Part shown: positions 49,740-62,388 of the stretch, one piece after another | Layout: each line of letters opens with the position of its first letter | How positions within the stretch are numbered: position 1 is the first letter of the stretch | From: Azolla caroliniana | Taxonomy: Eukaryota > Plantae > Polypodiophyta | Direction of reading: 5' to 3' | Assembly (NCBI GenBank): GCA_043228905.1 | Contig: JBHGNT010000013.1 | Coordinates: 2,356,001 to 2,420,000 of the forward strand | Length of the DNA stretch: 64,000 nucleotides | Notes under the pieces: generated by a model | The model's database searches: none | What the model was told of the DNA's origin: nothing | Seen by the model: only the letters and a program-made list of their open reading frames with translations | Made by a program: the position numbers and the translations under genes

Positions 49740-52700
49740 GTCGCCTTCAAAAGAATTTAATACTATTTTAACAGTAGTCGATCGATTTACCAAGATGGCA
49801 CATTTTTCACCATGTGTAAAGAGCATCAGTAGTCAGGAAACCATAGATCTCATTGTGCATGAAGTGTCATCCACAAACTGATGGACAAACAGAGCGCACA
49901 AATCAAACGCTCGAGCAATATCATCATTGCTTCATCAATTATCAACAACATGATTGTAGTAATGTTTTATATCTTGCTTGGTTTGCATATAATAACAGGA
50001 TACACTCTTCTACCAAGGTTACACCTTTCTTTGCCTACAGTGGCAACCATCCTCGATGGTGTATCCAAGATCTTCTTGAGGTCGCACGGAACTGTAGTGA
50101 AAAGTATTAGCTTCATCCACTACACCAAATCCAGTTAGTGTTATCTTCACATCTTCAAACATCGTAAGCACAACATAAGACTAATGCAAATCACCATCAT
50201 CTTATGTCTCCATTTAAGGTTGGTGACCGAGTATGGTTGCTTCGTCGTCACGTCAAGACTAACCGACCCTGTGAGAAACTCGATTATCAGTGCTTAGGTC
50301 ATTTTCTCATCACGGCGTGGATTAATGATGCAACCTTTCGTCTTAACCTTCCAGCACACATGCGGCTTCACCCAATCTTTCATAGCTCTCTTTTGGAACC
50401 TTGTCACACCTCTTCCATTCCTAATCGAGTCGTGCCACCTCCGCCCCCAATCCAACTTGTTGACGGCCCCGAATATGAGATAACAACTATTCTCGATTCT
50501 AAGATTGTGCGTAATAAGCTCTATTATTTGGTTGATTGGGTACGCTATCGTCCAAGTGATCGCACTTGGGAACCCGTCAATACTATTTCTAATGCTCAAG
50601 CTCTTGTCGACGACTTCATGGACATAAACATCATGGCTTCACCTAGGCTTGAACCCAAGACCTTGTAATACATAATGAAGAACCCAACCATTAAGATATC
50701 CTATGATTATATGAGATGATAAATGCTACTTCTTGTAATACACCGATTATTGTATATACTCAGGAACATTATCCTAGAACATCTTAGAATATTCTAGGTC
50801 TAGAACATTATAGAAATCTCTACGCTATTCTATAGGAACCTATAAAAATAGGGGCATACATGTATTCTCAAATCAATACCAATCTTAAGCTCTCATCGCC
50901 TATCTTGTGTCAAGGCCTTAGCTTGACAAAAGAAGATTGAACAAGAGAGGAAAAGAAAGAGAGAACAATGCCTATATTTTTATTATAATAGGAAATTATA
51001 CAAAAGGAAGAACTAGAATATTTGACAAAGACTGGTGTTAACCTAGAATGGTTCTAACAATCCAATATGTCCTATTTATATAGGAGTAGTATGTGCCCCT
51101 TGGATGTTTGTAGGGTCATGATACCCTTTGGGATGTTGTAGGGTCATGATACCCTTTGGGATATTGAAGAGTCTTGGCACCCTTTGGGATATTGAAGGGT
51201 CTTGGCACCTTTTGGGATATTGAAAGGCACCCTTTGGATATTTATAGGTTTACATTATCAATATTATAATAAAGTAAATTATACTATCTTTACGTAAAAC
51301 ATATATAACCTAATGGCTAGATTTGAGTGGTCCTCTTTAGGAGGTCACGGGTTCGAGTCACCCTAAACCTCATGGGGTTTCATCTAATCATCACACCATC
51401 TCCCTCCTTTGATGACGAGTTCCACGAGTCATAATGCATGAATTGGGGCTCGACTTATTTGGATATTGACGATGAAATTCAGCTACAAGATCAGAGGTGT
51501 TGTCAAGGTTCTCGACTAGTTCCCAAGTACGATCATTAGGTGTATAACCTAACCAGTCGATGAGATAATAAAGCTTCTTACGTACTATCTTGGAGTCCAA
51601 AACAACTTTGACTTCAAATTTTGGGCCGGAAACAAGTTGAACCGGAGGTGGGGGTAGAACAACCCGATTTAGAATGGAACTAGCATTGTAAGGTTCCAAC
51701 AATGAGACATGAAATACTGGGTGTAGATGCATGTGTGGGGGAAGATCAAGGCAAAATGCAACATCATTGATTTGATGAGAGATAATAAATGGACCAAGCC
51801 GTTGATAATAAATGGACCAAGTGTAAAAAATCCACCCAATCATCCTGTTGATAATTGATGAAACATCAAAGATATTGTTCTAGAGTTTTATTTGTGCGTC
51901 TGTTTGACCGTCACTTTGTGGATGATAGCTTGAAGAAAGTTTACAAGAGACTTTGAGCATCTCAAGCAACTGTTTCCAGAATTTTGAGATGAATTGTGCG
52001 CCACGATCACTAATGATGTCATTTGGAAGACCATGAAGCTGAAATACTTCTTTCATAATGATGTCTGCAGTTTCTATACTATTGATAGTTTTCGTGCATG
52101 GAAGAAAATGCGTCATCTTTGTGAATCGATTTATTACAGTGAGGATAGCATCAAAACTCTTTGAAAAGTGAAGATCTATTATAAAGTCCACAGAGATGGA
52201 TTTCCACGAACCAGTAGGAACTGGCCATGGATGTAATAACCCATATGGTCGATGTCGTGGAATCTTTGATCGACAACACACGTCACAAGTACGAACATAA
52301 TCCTCAACAAACTCCCGAAGATGAGGCCACCAATAGTTTCGAGAAACTAGCTCCAAATTTTTGTGGATTCCAAAGTGACCAGCCATTGGGTTGTCATGAC
52401 AATATTGCATTACTTGGAGTCGAGATGAACCATTGGGGATATACAAAAGAGTGTTACGAAAAAGTAACCCATTTTTCCATTGAAATTGGTTATAATCTTT
52501 ACAAGGATACTTGGATTTTGAAGAAGATGCACGATCTGAAATGATATGATTGAATACATCTTGAGGAAATTTATCAGAAATGATACCTATTTGCATTGAA
52601 TCAAGGAGCCTAGAATCTTCAAGTGCTTTAGAGGCATTAATAGTCAATAGTCGAAACCGATCAGGCCCTAGGATGACTTGCTTTTGATGATCAAATGTGG

Positions 52701-55326
52701 GCTCACCTGGTTGTGGTGCTAAATAAGATCGTCATGTTAGAGAGTCTACCTTTCCTTGTTGTACTCCAGGGAAATATGTGATGAGGAAGTCAAAATGCGT
52801 CAGGAATTGTGTCCAACGAGCTTGGCGTCGACTCAAGACTCTAGCATTTTGAAAGTATGTGAGGTTTTTATGATCATTGTAAACAATGATTTGGTGGGGA
52901 GAACCTTCTAAGAGATGCCTCCATTGTTCAAACGAATCTAGAATGGCGAGGAGCTCTTTGTCGTGAATCTCATAATTGATCTCTACAGATTCGAATTTGC
53001 GTGAATGGAAAGCAATTGGATGCAGCTTTCCGTCATCTCCAACCTGCGACAAGATAGTTCCTTGTGCAAAATCAGACGCATCGGCCTCGATGATTAAGGG
53101 TTTTCTAGGTCAGCTTGAAGTAGAATAGGAGCAGAAGTGAATGCTCTCTTTAGGTTTTCAAAAGCTTTGGCCGCATTCGAACTCCATGTGAACGACTTGT
53201 TCTTTCGTGTAAGCTCCGTGAGAGACATCACGATGTTCGAGTAGTTCTTGATAAATTTGCAGTAAAAATTTGCAAATCCTAAGAAACACTGAACATCACG
53301 CACTAGGCAAGGTGTTTCCCAATTTAGAACTGTCTGCACCTTGAAGGGATCCATAGATATACCTTGTTGTGAAACCACATATCGTAGAAGCTCCACGTGG
53401 TTTTGATCAAAGCTACATTTCTCGAGATTGCCATAGAGCCCGTATTCTCGTAAGCATTGAAGGACTTGGCGGACATGTGTGTCATGCTCTTCTTGACTTT
53501 TTGAGTAGATCAAGATGTCATCAAGATATACTATGGTAAATGAATCCAAGAAGTCGCGAAAAATATCATTCGCCATGTGTTGAAAATCTGCGGACGCATT
53601 TGTGAGACCAAAAGGCATAACTGTACTTGAAATGTCCGTATCGAGTACGGAATGCTATCTTCCATTCGTCTCCTGGACGTATCCGAACAAGGTTATATGT
53701 GCCTCGAAGGTCTAGTTTTGTGAAAACTTTAGTTCCACAAAGACGCTCTAGTAAACTCGATATCAAGGGTAGAGCATATCTATTTCTAACTATCATTTTG
53801 TTTAAACCTCGATAATCTACGACCAATCGTAATGACCCATCTTTCTTCTTGACAAAGAATATGGGTGCACCAGCAGGGCTTTTAGAATGTGGAAGGAATC
53901 CATTTGCTAGGTGCTCATCTATATACTCTCGAAGGGCCTTAGTTCAGAAGGTGATAGATTATATATTTGGCCCCATGGTGGCTCTTTCCCAGGTTGTAGA
54001 TCGATCGGACAATCATAAGGACGATGGCCTGGAAGAGAACTAGCTTTAGTTTTGTTGAAGATGTCTTCAAAATTCAAGTACTTAGTAGGGAGGTGAGTAC
54101 ATGCCCCTTGTGAACTAGAGGATGGATTTGTCGTTACTGCGAAAACAAAAATTTCATTTTTCCGCCCGTCTTCTCATAAGTTTTGTAGAGATATGAGCGA
54201 GATGGTGTGAGTTTTGAATCTTGGTTGGTAGTAACAAAGCTGATGGACTCAGGTTTCTGCTGGAAATAATTGATTGTTGGATTTCTGCAGTCAATGTCAG
54301 GATTATGAAGCTCAAACCAAGGCAAACGAAGAATAACAGGATGCTCAGGGCTACTAATTATATTGAAGGAAATCACACAAGAAAAGCTCAACTTGTTTTA
54401 GTTTTAGACGAATGCCCTCGATGACGTGTTACATTGATCTCCATTGGACTTGGACCAGTTGATGGAATCATGTGTGAAGTTTGGGTAGTGCTCGTAGGTG
54501 TCGAGGCTACTACGGAAGCATATATTTGATCCGTTCTTGGTTGTGACATTAGTTGACGTTCTGAACGTCGCTCGAATAAACGATTGTCACATCGCACCGC
54601 ACCGTTCTGAACGTCGCTGGAAGAGAATCTGGATCTTCGTAGAAAGTTAATAACAAATCGTTTCCATCATTTTGTAGTCCATGGCGAAACTGATCCATTA
54701 ATGCTTCTTCATCCCATGGAATATCACAAGCTAGGAGGCGGAAATCTACGGCGTATGCGGAGGACAGACGATCCCCTTGACGCAGTCTTTGAATTTTATT
54801 GATCGCCGTTCTGACACTATCAGTGTCTCCAAAGTTTGCTTGAAATTCTTTAATAAAACCTTCAAAGTCTTGAAGGAGAGGAGATTTCTTTTCTAGCAGT
54901 GGTGCAAACCATGCTAATGTTGTTCCTGTTAAGAGGGTTCCTACTAGTCCAACTCGAGTTGTATCGGTTGGATATCTATTAGGATGCATATGAATTACTA
55001 GACACACCTTATTTAAAAATCCTTGAAATTGTGATCGATTACCATCGAACCTCCCAAGCAAACAAATCTTTGGTTCTTTGGGAAAGTTTTGTTGCATCAA
55101 AGCTTGTTGATGAAGAGACCGCAATGTTGTTTCGAGTTACAATACACGTGTTGATAACTCGTCATATTGTTGCGCCTTTTCTATGCTTAGTTGTTGTAAA
55201 TCTCCAAGAAATCGTTGATTCTCTTGCTCTAGAGCCAAAAACTTATTTGTGAGATGCTCGAGCTCAGAGACGACTCGAACATACTCTTGCTTGCTATCGG
55301 TGACGATAACACTTGATAGGATTCTC

Positions 55327-55372
<46 letters not shown>

Positions 55373-56009
55373 TGGCGAGAAAGAGAGAGAGAAAAAGAGA
55401 AGATATTCTGGTTCAGACTGTCAAGGCGTTAGCTTGACAAAAGAAGATTGAACAAGAGAGGAAAAGAAAGAGGGAACAATGGCTATATTTTTAATATAAT
55501 AGGAAAACATATAAGAGCAAGAACTAGAATATATTTGCCAAAGACTGGTGTTGAACCAGAATGGTTCTAACAATACAATACGTCCTATTTATATAGGAGT
55601 AGTATGTGCCCCTTGGATGTTTTTAGGGTCATGATACCCTTTGGGATGTTGTAGGGTCATGATACCCTTTGGGATATTGAGGGGTCGTTGACACCCTTTG
55701 GGATATTGAAGGGTCAAGGCACCCTTTGGATATTCATAGGGTTACATTATCAATATTATAATATAGCAAATTATGATATTTTTACATAAAATATTTATAA
55801 CCTAATGGCTAGAGTTGAGTGTTCCTCTTTAGGAGGTCACGGGTTCAAGTCATCCTAAACCTCATGGGGTTTCATTTACTCATGACATCTTGTATCCATT
55901 CTCATTCTAATTTAATACATTCATTCTTCTCTTATCATTTCATTCATCTCTTCTGGTGATCTCTTTTTATCGTTCTTCAGTAGCTCTATCCTCTATCTTG
56001 GTTCTCACA
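49740..56009 (+). mobile_element. 3' part of a Tcn1-like chromovirus family C (integrase, chromodomain, 3' LTR split by family B)
   Basis: VVDRFTKMAHF, HPQTDGQTER, EYEITTILDSK..YYLVDW..TWEP. LTR from about 50615-50907 resumes at 55893-56009. Confidence 0.75.
50908..55887 (-). mobile_element. Degenerate two-LTR Tcn1-like chromovirus family B
   Basis: LTRs 50908-51395 and 55419-55887 (clearly diverged), TSD TCTTG, PPT near 51396-51410. Fragmented gag (54388-55328), RT/RH (52732-53826, YLDD), integrase (51880-52647), chromodomain (51391-51843). Confidence 0.92.
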
Positions 56010-56537
56010 CATAGAGCCTTTCCAAGAAGCCAACAATTTAGAGTCATTTCAATAAATTGCTCCTCCTTCACTATACAATCTCATTGTATTCAAACATTGG
56101 TGATGACAAAATTTCCTAAACCAACTCCAAGTTTCTTTGAAATCATTATCAAAAATATTCATTTCTACAACCAATCATCGAGCCTTGTTTGTAGACTGTA
56201 ATACCTGATGGAGGCAATGCAATTAACAATCGATGAGATGAATAAATTCAAGCATAAAAACATTCCTCTAATTTAGGGTATCTCTAATTTAAGCCTAAAA
56301 ATAGGTTCTAGGGGATCCTCTAAAACCTATTTTTCTTATATTTTCAACTTTGTTGAGCACATATTCATACCTCATCCTTCTTCTTTATCAAACTTCTAAT
56401 GATTGATTAAATTATACCAAAACTTCTACCTTGTTGCGAAGACGAGATGATGGTTGTTCTATTAACTCCAAAATTTGTAGGTTTTCTTCATAATTCAAAT
56501 GAGGTCGAAGACCTCGCTTGTGGATTGAATTCATCTT

Positions 56538-57470
56538 TGTAATGTTAATTAACTGATTTTAGATGGACTTAATTAGGAGGAAGGTTTTGACATGATTAAA
56601 ACTTCAAATTCCATCAAAAAACACCAATTTAAGGAAGAAAAAGAAGGAGAAGGAGAAGGAGAAAGATGGAAAGAGGAGGAAGAAGACAATGGTCACCACC
56701 ACCACCATAATGGACTGAGCGCATATTGGAAGAGAAGAAGCAAACGAAAGAATGAAAGAAGAAGAAAGCAGAACCACGAAAACAAAGAGGAGAGAAAGAA
56801 GAAGAACAAAAGGAACAAGAAGCTACAGTGTAATGCGTAAGGTGTGTAATGTGTAACATGAAATGTTAATGTTTGAGTGTGAGGAAGAGTGTGTACACAT
56901 GCACATTTGGCTATTTGTGTGCATGTGTACAAATGTGAGAGACAAGGGTAAGTAGATGTAACTACCCCCATTTGGCTTTTTGTACTATATATAAACCCCC
57001 ACCCATGGGGCATGAAAAGGAAAAATATAGTGAAGAAGTTACCCCTGAACTTGTGCTTGTCTCGATTTTGCCTCTCATTCTCTATGTGTATCTCTTTCTC
57101 TCTCTCTATCCTCTCACATTCGAACCCATCAACAATATTCCTCCTACCATAGCGATAAAGTTCAGAGTTTGAGGACTCCCGTGGTTTTTCCCTTTCCGTG
57201 TTTTCCACGTTTAATCTTGGCTCCACCCCCACCCATCAATTTATTCCTCCTACCATAGTGATCAAGTTCAGAGTTTGTGGACTCCCGTGGTTTTTCCCTT
57301 TTAGGTTTGTCTACGTTAAATTTTGTCTCTGGCTCCACCCCCCACCCATTAACAATATTCCTCCTACCATAGTGATAAAGTTAGGAGTTTGTGGACTCCC
57401 GTGGTTTTTCCCTTTCCGGGTTTTGCACATTAACTGTTGTGTCTCTGTACTTGTGTTTTCTACCATTTCA
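56538..57470 (+). mobile_element. Old Copia-type solo LTR (933 bp) with a triplicated ~110-bp segment
   Basis: TGTAATG..CATTTCA, TSD ATCTT on both sides, TATA near 56986-56995, three copies of GGACTCCCGTGGTTTTTCCC. Confidence 0.75.
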
Positions 57471-58184
57471 ATCTTTGCACATGAAATTGAGGAAAATGAT
57501 AAGAGGATGGGGTGTTATCAAACAAGGTGCCGTGGCCCATGGTGCTAATTTCATGCTTGGAAAAAAGTATTGCCCACAAATAAGACTTGCATTTGAGCTT
57601 TCCTTGTGTGGAAATATAGTCATAACTATATGCCAATATAAATATAGATGGAAGAAATACAAATGGGCTATTATCCTATCATTTAAAAGTCTATTATTGC
57701 ACCATATAATCCTTGACCAACATATCAAGAAAAACAGACCACACAATACACTCATTGATGCTTGGTCACATTCCCTACAAAAATGATAGCTTTGTGAAGA
57801 GGATCTCATTATGTGGAACGATCGATGGCTTATCAACAAAGGATATGGCTTCCATCACACACTAAATATACACGGATAGACATTTAAAACTAATGTGACT
57901 CTTTCACCTAAATCTTGTTGGATATCCAATACTCATGGACATGAGATTCTATCATATAATGGTCACATTAGCGACAAGGCATGAATGCTGTGATGAATAA
58001 ATTTGGTGGTTATGGATAATGATGCCAACACAATGGTGGTTGACTTTAGTATAGGAACATGAAATATTAAAGGTTTTTGCCTTTGTGAAATTTAAAAGCA
58101 AGGAAGGACCTACCGTTGTTGATATTATTAAAAAAACCTTCAAGCATAATGAGGTGTATAAACCTCAACAAAATTGGCCAAACT

Positions 58185-58256
58185 GGGGCGTTGCGAGAAT
58201 CGAACTCGCGTCCTCTCGCACCCAAAGCGAGAATCATACCACTAGACCAAACGCCC
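58185..58256 (-). tRNA. tRNA-Pro(TGG), array copy 4
   Basis: Same as copy 1 except one variable-loop substitution (AGGAC vs AGGCC). Confidence 0.96.
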
Positions 58257-59080
58257 ATTGATGATAATGTGATAATGATTTTGTTTAATATTTATGTCTT
58301 TATACATCACTTTACTCTAAACTCCTTTCTACGTATTAATTTCAAAAGAGCCCCTTTTCTACGTTCTACATTTATTGCATACATTGATAGAGATTTATAT
58401 AAATCCTATTTTACATTACAGCTTGATGAACAACCAATAATACATCTAGGCTATGTAAGATTTAGTTTTGGCTGAGTAAGGACCTTACAGTTTGGTAAGG
58501 TTAAGTTTTACACATTTTAAGACATACTAGAACCTTGCTAATGATTAGACAATGTAAGAAATAGTGAGTATTTCCTTCCGATTGAAATGTGCAAGAAAAG
58601 AATTTATTTGTCATTGCGTATTTAGGATTGATACACAAGATAAACCCAATCACTACTCTCCAAATAAAGATATTTGCTTGAAATTCTAGAACTTACACTA
58701 TAGGATATTCCCCCACCCACGGTGAGTTTTGATTACATGCCAAATTTCATTCAACCTTGAAGTGATCCCATGGAGTAACAATGCCAAATAAATATTAGCG
58801 GTTACTTGAAAATTTGAGCTCTTCCTTGTAAACACCAATCTAAGCACTATTGCTCTTCTATCCACATATTTAAGTGGCCCTACCTTAATGATAGAGTTTG
58901 CAACTTCAATCAATTAAACGTACATGTTGGTGTAATGCACAGTAAACATATTGCATCATGTAACTAGGAGTTACGTTTCACTTTACGAGATGGGAATACC
59001 CACTTGGATAAAGAAAGGACTTCTTGCCAATACCTTATCAATGATTAAGGGTATGTAGAGCAGGGAACTTTACGGGGATT

Positions 59081-60095
59081 AGTTCGCATCTCTTGAATTA
59101 GAGAATCAACGTCTTCTTGGAGATCTACAAAAGGTTACAGTGGAGAAGCAACAACAACAAGGGGAGTTTACGCGACGGGTGCAAGAACTAGAGATAACAA
59201 TCGTAATTTTACAGCAACAAAGGGGCGGAGATCAAGGAATTATCAAGGAGCCCAAAATCAGCCTTCCCGTTAAATTTGATGGTTCGAGGGCGCATTTCCG
59301 AGTTTTCTTGAATCAAGTGCAATTCGTAATTCAAATGCATCCCACGTGTTATCCAAGAGACGCATCTCGAGTTGGGCTAGTGGGAACCTTATTGACTGGC
59401 ATAGTGTTATTGTGGTTTGCTCCATTATTAGAAACAAATTCTACTCTACTCCATAATTTCGAAGAATTTGCCAAAGAATTTAAGGCTTGCTTTGGAGATA
59501 CTGATGGGGCAAGAACCATGATCAACAAGATTCGTACACTACGTCAAGGTGATCAGCCAACATCAACATATGCAACCAATTTTTTGCTCATCGCAAGCGA
59601 TAATTCTTGGGACGAACAAGCCCTAATTGAGTCGTTTCGTTCCGGTCTTCTTAGCGAATTAAATGACTTACTTCATACATTCCCCGAGGATCCACAATAT
59701 CTTACTGAAGCTATTAGTCGACCAATACGGTGCGATAATCATCTTTTTGAGCGTCCATGTGAACGACAAAAAATAACAAGATCAAGATTGACACCAACTT
59801 ATGCTCTGTCTCGATGATCATATCTCACACATCGGGGTGGAATTACGGCTTTGAGAATCAAAAGCAAATTCTCCTAGGACCATCAAAGCCTGAAGCAACA
59901 ACAGTTTATGCCACTCGGCTTGAATCAAGCCTTGTGGATTTTATTCGGCAACGTATTCACTCTGATGATTTCGCTCAGGATGTCTTACCCCACATTAGGC
60001 CAGGCCATGCCTCTTGCTTGACTTTGCAAGGTTCATCTCAACACTATCAGGAATTCAAATGCCATGATGTCTTACTCTTTTACAACAATCTCCTT
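59081..60095 (+). pseudogene. Family C gag/pol remnant (paralogue of 19763-20775)
   Basis: ORF 59140-59817 aligns to 19699-20497. Confidence 0.8.
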
Positions 60096-60339
60096 GTGAA
60101 AGTTCCTTGTGAAAGTTAGCGTGTGGAAGCATATGCCAAACCGGCTCTGCCAGATAGTAACAGTAAAGAGAATAAAGTTTAGTGGAAGCCTAACATAGAT
60201 AATAAGCATACCCAAGAGAGAGAGAGAGAGAGAAACATAAAACTCTATTAAAAAGTAACACTTTGTAACTATGTACATAGAATGTGCTCGAGAGAGCACG
60301 TTTATACAAGTCCATAAAGGACTGACAAAAATACTGACG

Positions 60340-61430
60340 GGTACTTCGGCAAAGCATCGAATACAGGGTTCTTGGCGAGCTGTATGTTGCTTATGTTGTC
60401 ACAATAAATCAAGATTGGGCTGAGCACCGCGATCAGGAGGTCTCACAGGAGTTGCCAAAGCTAGATGGCTTCATAGGTGGCAATGGTAGCACCCGGGTAT
60501 TCAGCCTCAGTGCTCGACAGAGCCTCTCTTGGCTGCTTTTTGCTGCTCCATGGAACAACCGCCCTACCAAGAGAAAACATGTAACCGGAGGTGGATTCGC
60601 GATCTGAAGCATCACGAGCCTAGTCGGCATTCGTATATCTGACTAGCTTCCCAACGATACCATGTCGGTATAATAGTCCCCGGTCCTTCGTGCCGCTAAC
60701 ATACAAGAGTATCTAGTGTGCGCACTAAAGGTGCTCGACGGTCAGCTTTTGCATGAACTAGTTGATCACTCCGACTGGGTAATTGATGTTCGGTCGAGTG
60801 ATTGGCAAGTATATGAGGCTTCCGACAATTAATCGGAACTGTTTCTCATCGCAAGCCGGACCGGAGTTGGGATAAAGCTTCAGGTTCCATTCTCGGGGTG
60901 TGGAGATCTCTCGACATTCCATCATGCCGAACTTGTATAGTATATTCAACACATAATGTCTTTGTGAGAGCAATATGCCATCGGGGGGTTCGGATTACCT
61001 CAATACCAAGAAAATAATGAAGGTCCCCCAGGTCCTTCGTTTCAAATGCGTCCGACAACTAGTACTTCACTCTGCCGATTTCATCTAGCCCGGGTTCAGT
61101 GATGACTAAATCATCAACATATAGCAGTATACAGACCGAACCATTCGGATGTTTCCGGATGTATAGTGATGAGTTGGACTTCGAGGCCGGAAACCCAATC
61201 TTATGCAACCGGTGCGTGATCTTCGCATTCAAAGCTCGGTGGGCTTGCTTCAGACCGTAAAACAACTTCTTGAGTCAAAATATTGCCGACTTGTTTATCT
61301 CCGATTGGAATCCAAGGGGTTGGATCATATAGACCCGTTCTTCGAGGCCACCTTGAAGAAAGACATTCTTCATGTCCATTTGGTGAAGACGCCATCCCCT
61401 TACCGCAACAACAACCAATACCACACGAAC
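60340..61430 (-). pseudogene. Copia family X RT/RNase H fragment
   Basis: Paralogue of 31340-32275, extended by HQMDMKNVFLQG. Confidence 0.82.
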
Positions 61431-62388
61431 TCGTGAATCCCACAAATATAGTTTGTTAATTGGTGTTTTAGGAAATATATCCAATTTCCAAATAATCCAC
61501 ACACTTATTACATTGTGTTCCCCATCCTTATATGGTGATGAGAGAGTCTTCACAATCCATGCTTAAACTTTATGCTTTTCCTATCAATAGACTATATGCT
61601 TTATTTAACATCCTTTTTCTAAAGTGATCATGCTTTTTCTAATTTGTGAGTTTTTTATTGACTATAGTGTTCATGCACGCTATAGGTGCATGTGTAGCTT
61701 TTTGTTTTATCATGTGTTTTTGTAAAGTTTATCCTAGCGTGACCTTGAATTTTTATGTGGGACATCTACTTTTTAACATTAATGAAATGCTAGTGAAATG
61801 GTATGACATTACATTATTAACATGGAGGTGCAAGGTTCGAATCTAACCATGTGCATGTAATGGTTAGTTTGATATTTTCTTCTTTTTTCTTCATATTTAT
61901 TTAATCGGTTATTTTATATTATTTTCATGTAGTGTACTAAATACACTACGACACTCGCCCCCTCTGAAACCATCAATCCTCCGGCATGTGCCGAAGTTGT
62001 CGGTGATTGTTCGCCTTCTGCGTCCGATCTCCGCCTGGTTGGTTTCGTCACTAGTCGTTTTCGGTTGCCGGCTCCGTCTGTTCGCCGGTTTTCAGTTGCT
62101 TGCTCAACCCGGTTTCCGGTTACTGGCCCTCGAAATTCTTCCTTACTTTTAGTACGCTCCATTTCTCTCGCTATGTCGACTTTGTCTCTCCATTTCGAGC
62201 ACAACCATTCTTTCCACCCAACCCATTTTCACCATCCGATCCACCATAGTCTTCGTTCACTCTTTGCATAGCCATGGCAGATTGTCGCAACTCCTCGTGC
62301 TCTTCTTGAGCATAACCATTCATGTCTTGTCAAATTTGCTTAGCCCGCTTGGTCCTTCTTATCCGTGGTAGTGCCTTTACTTGGCCTT
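61431..62388 (-). mobile_element. tRNA-Trp element fragment (partial 3' LTR to 61953 plus internal region)
   Basis: Aligns to about 7297-8250. Confidence 0.82.

Noticed and set aside
19540-56009. One giant family C element spanning the whole spacer
   Set aside because: The 5' and 3' parts are the same family and orientation, but the 5' LTR is truncated and no TSD can be verified.
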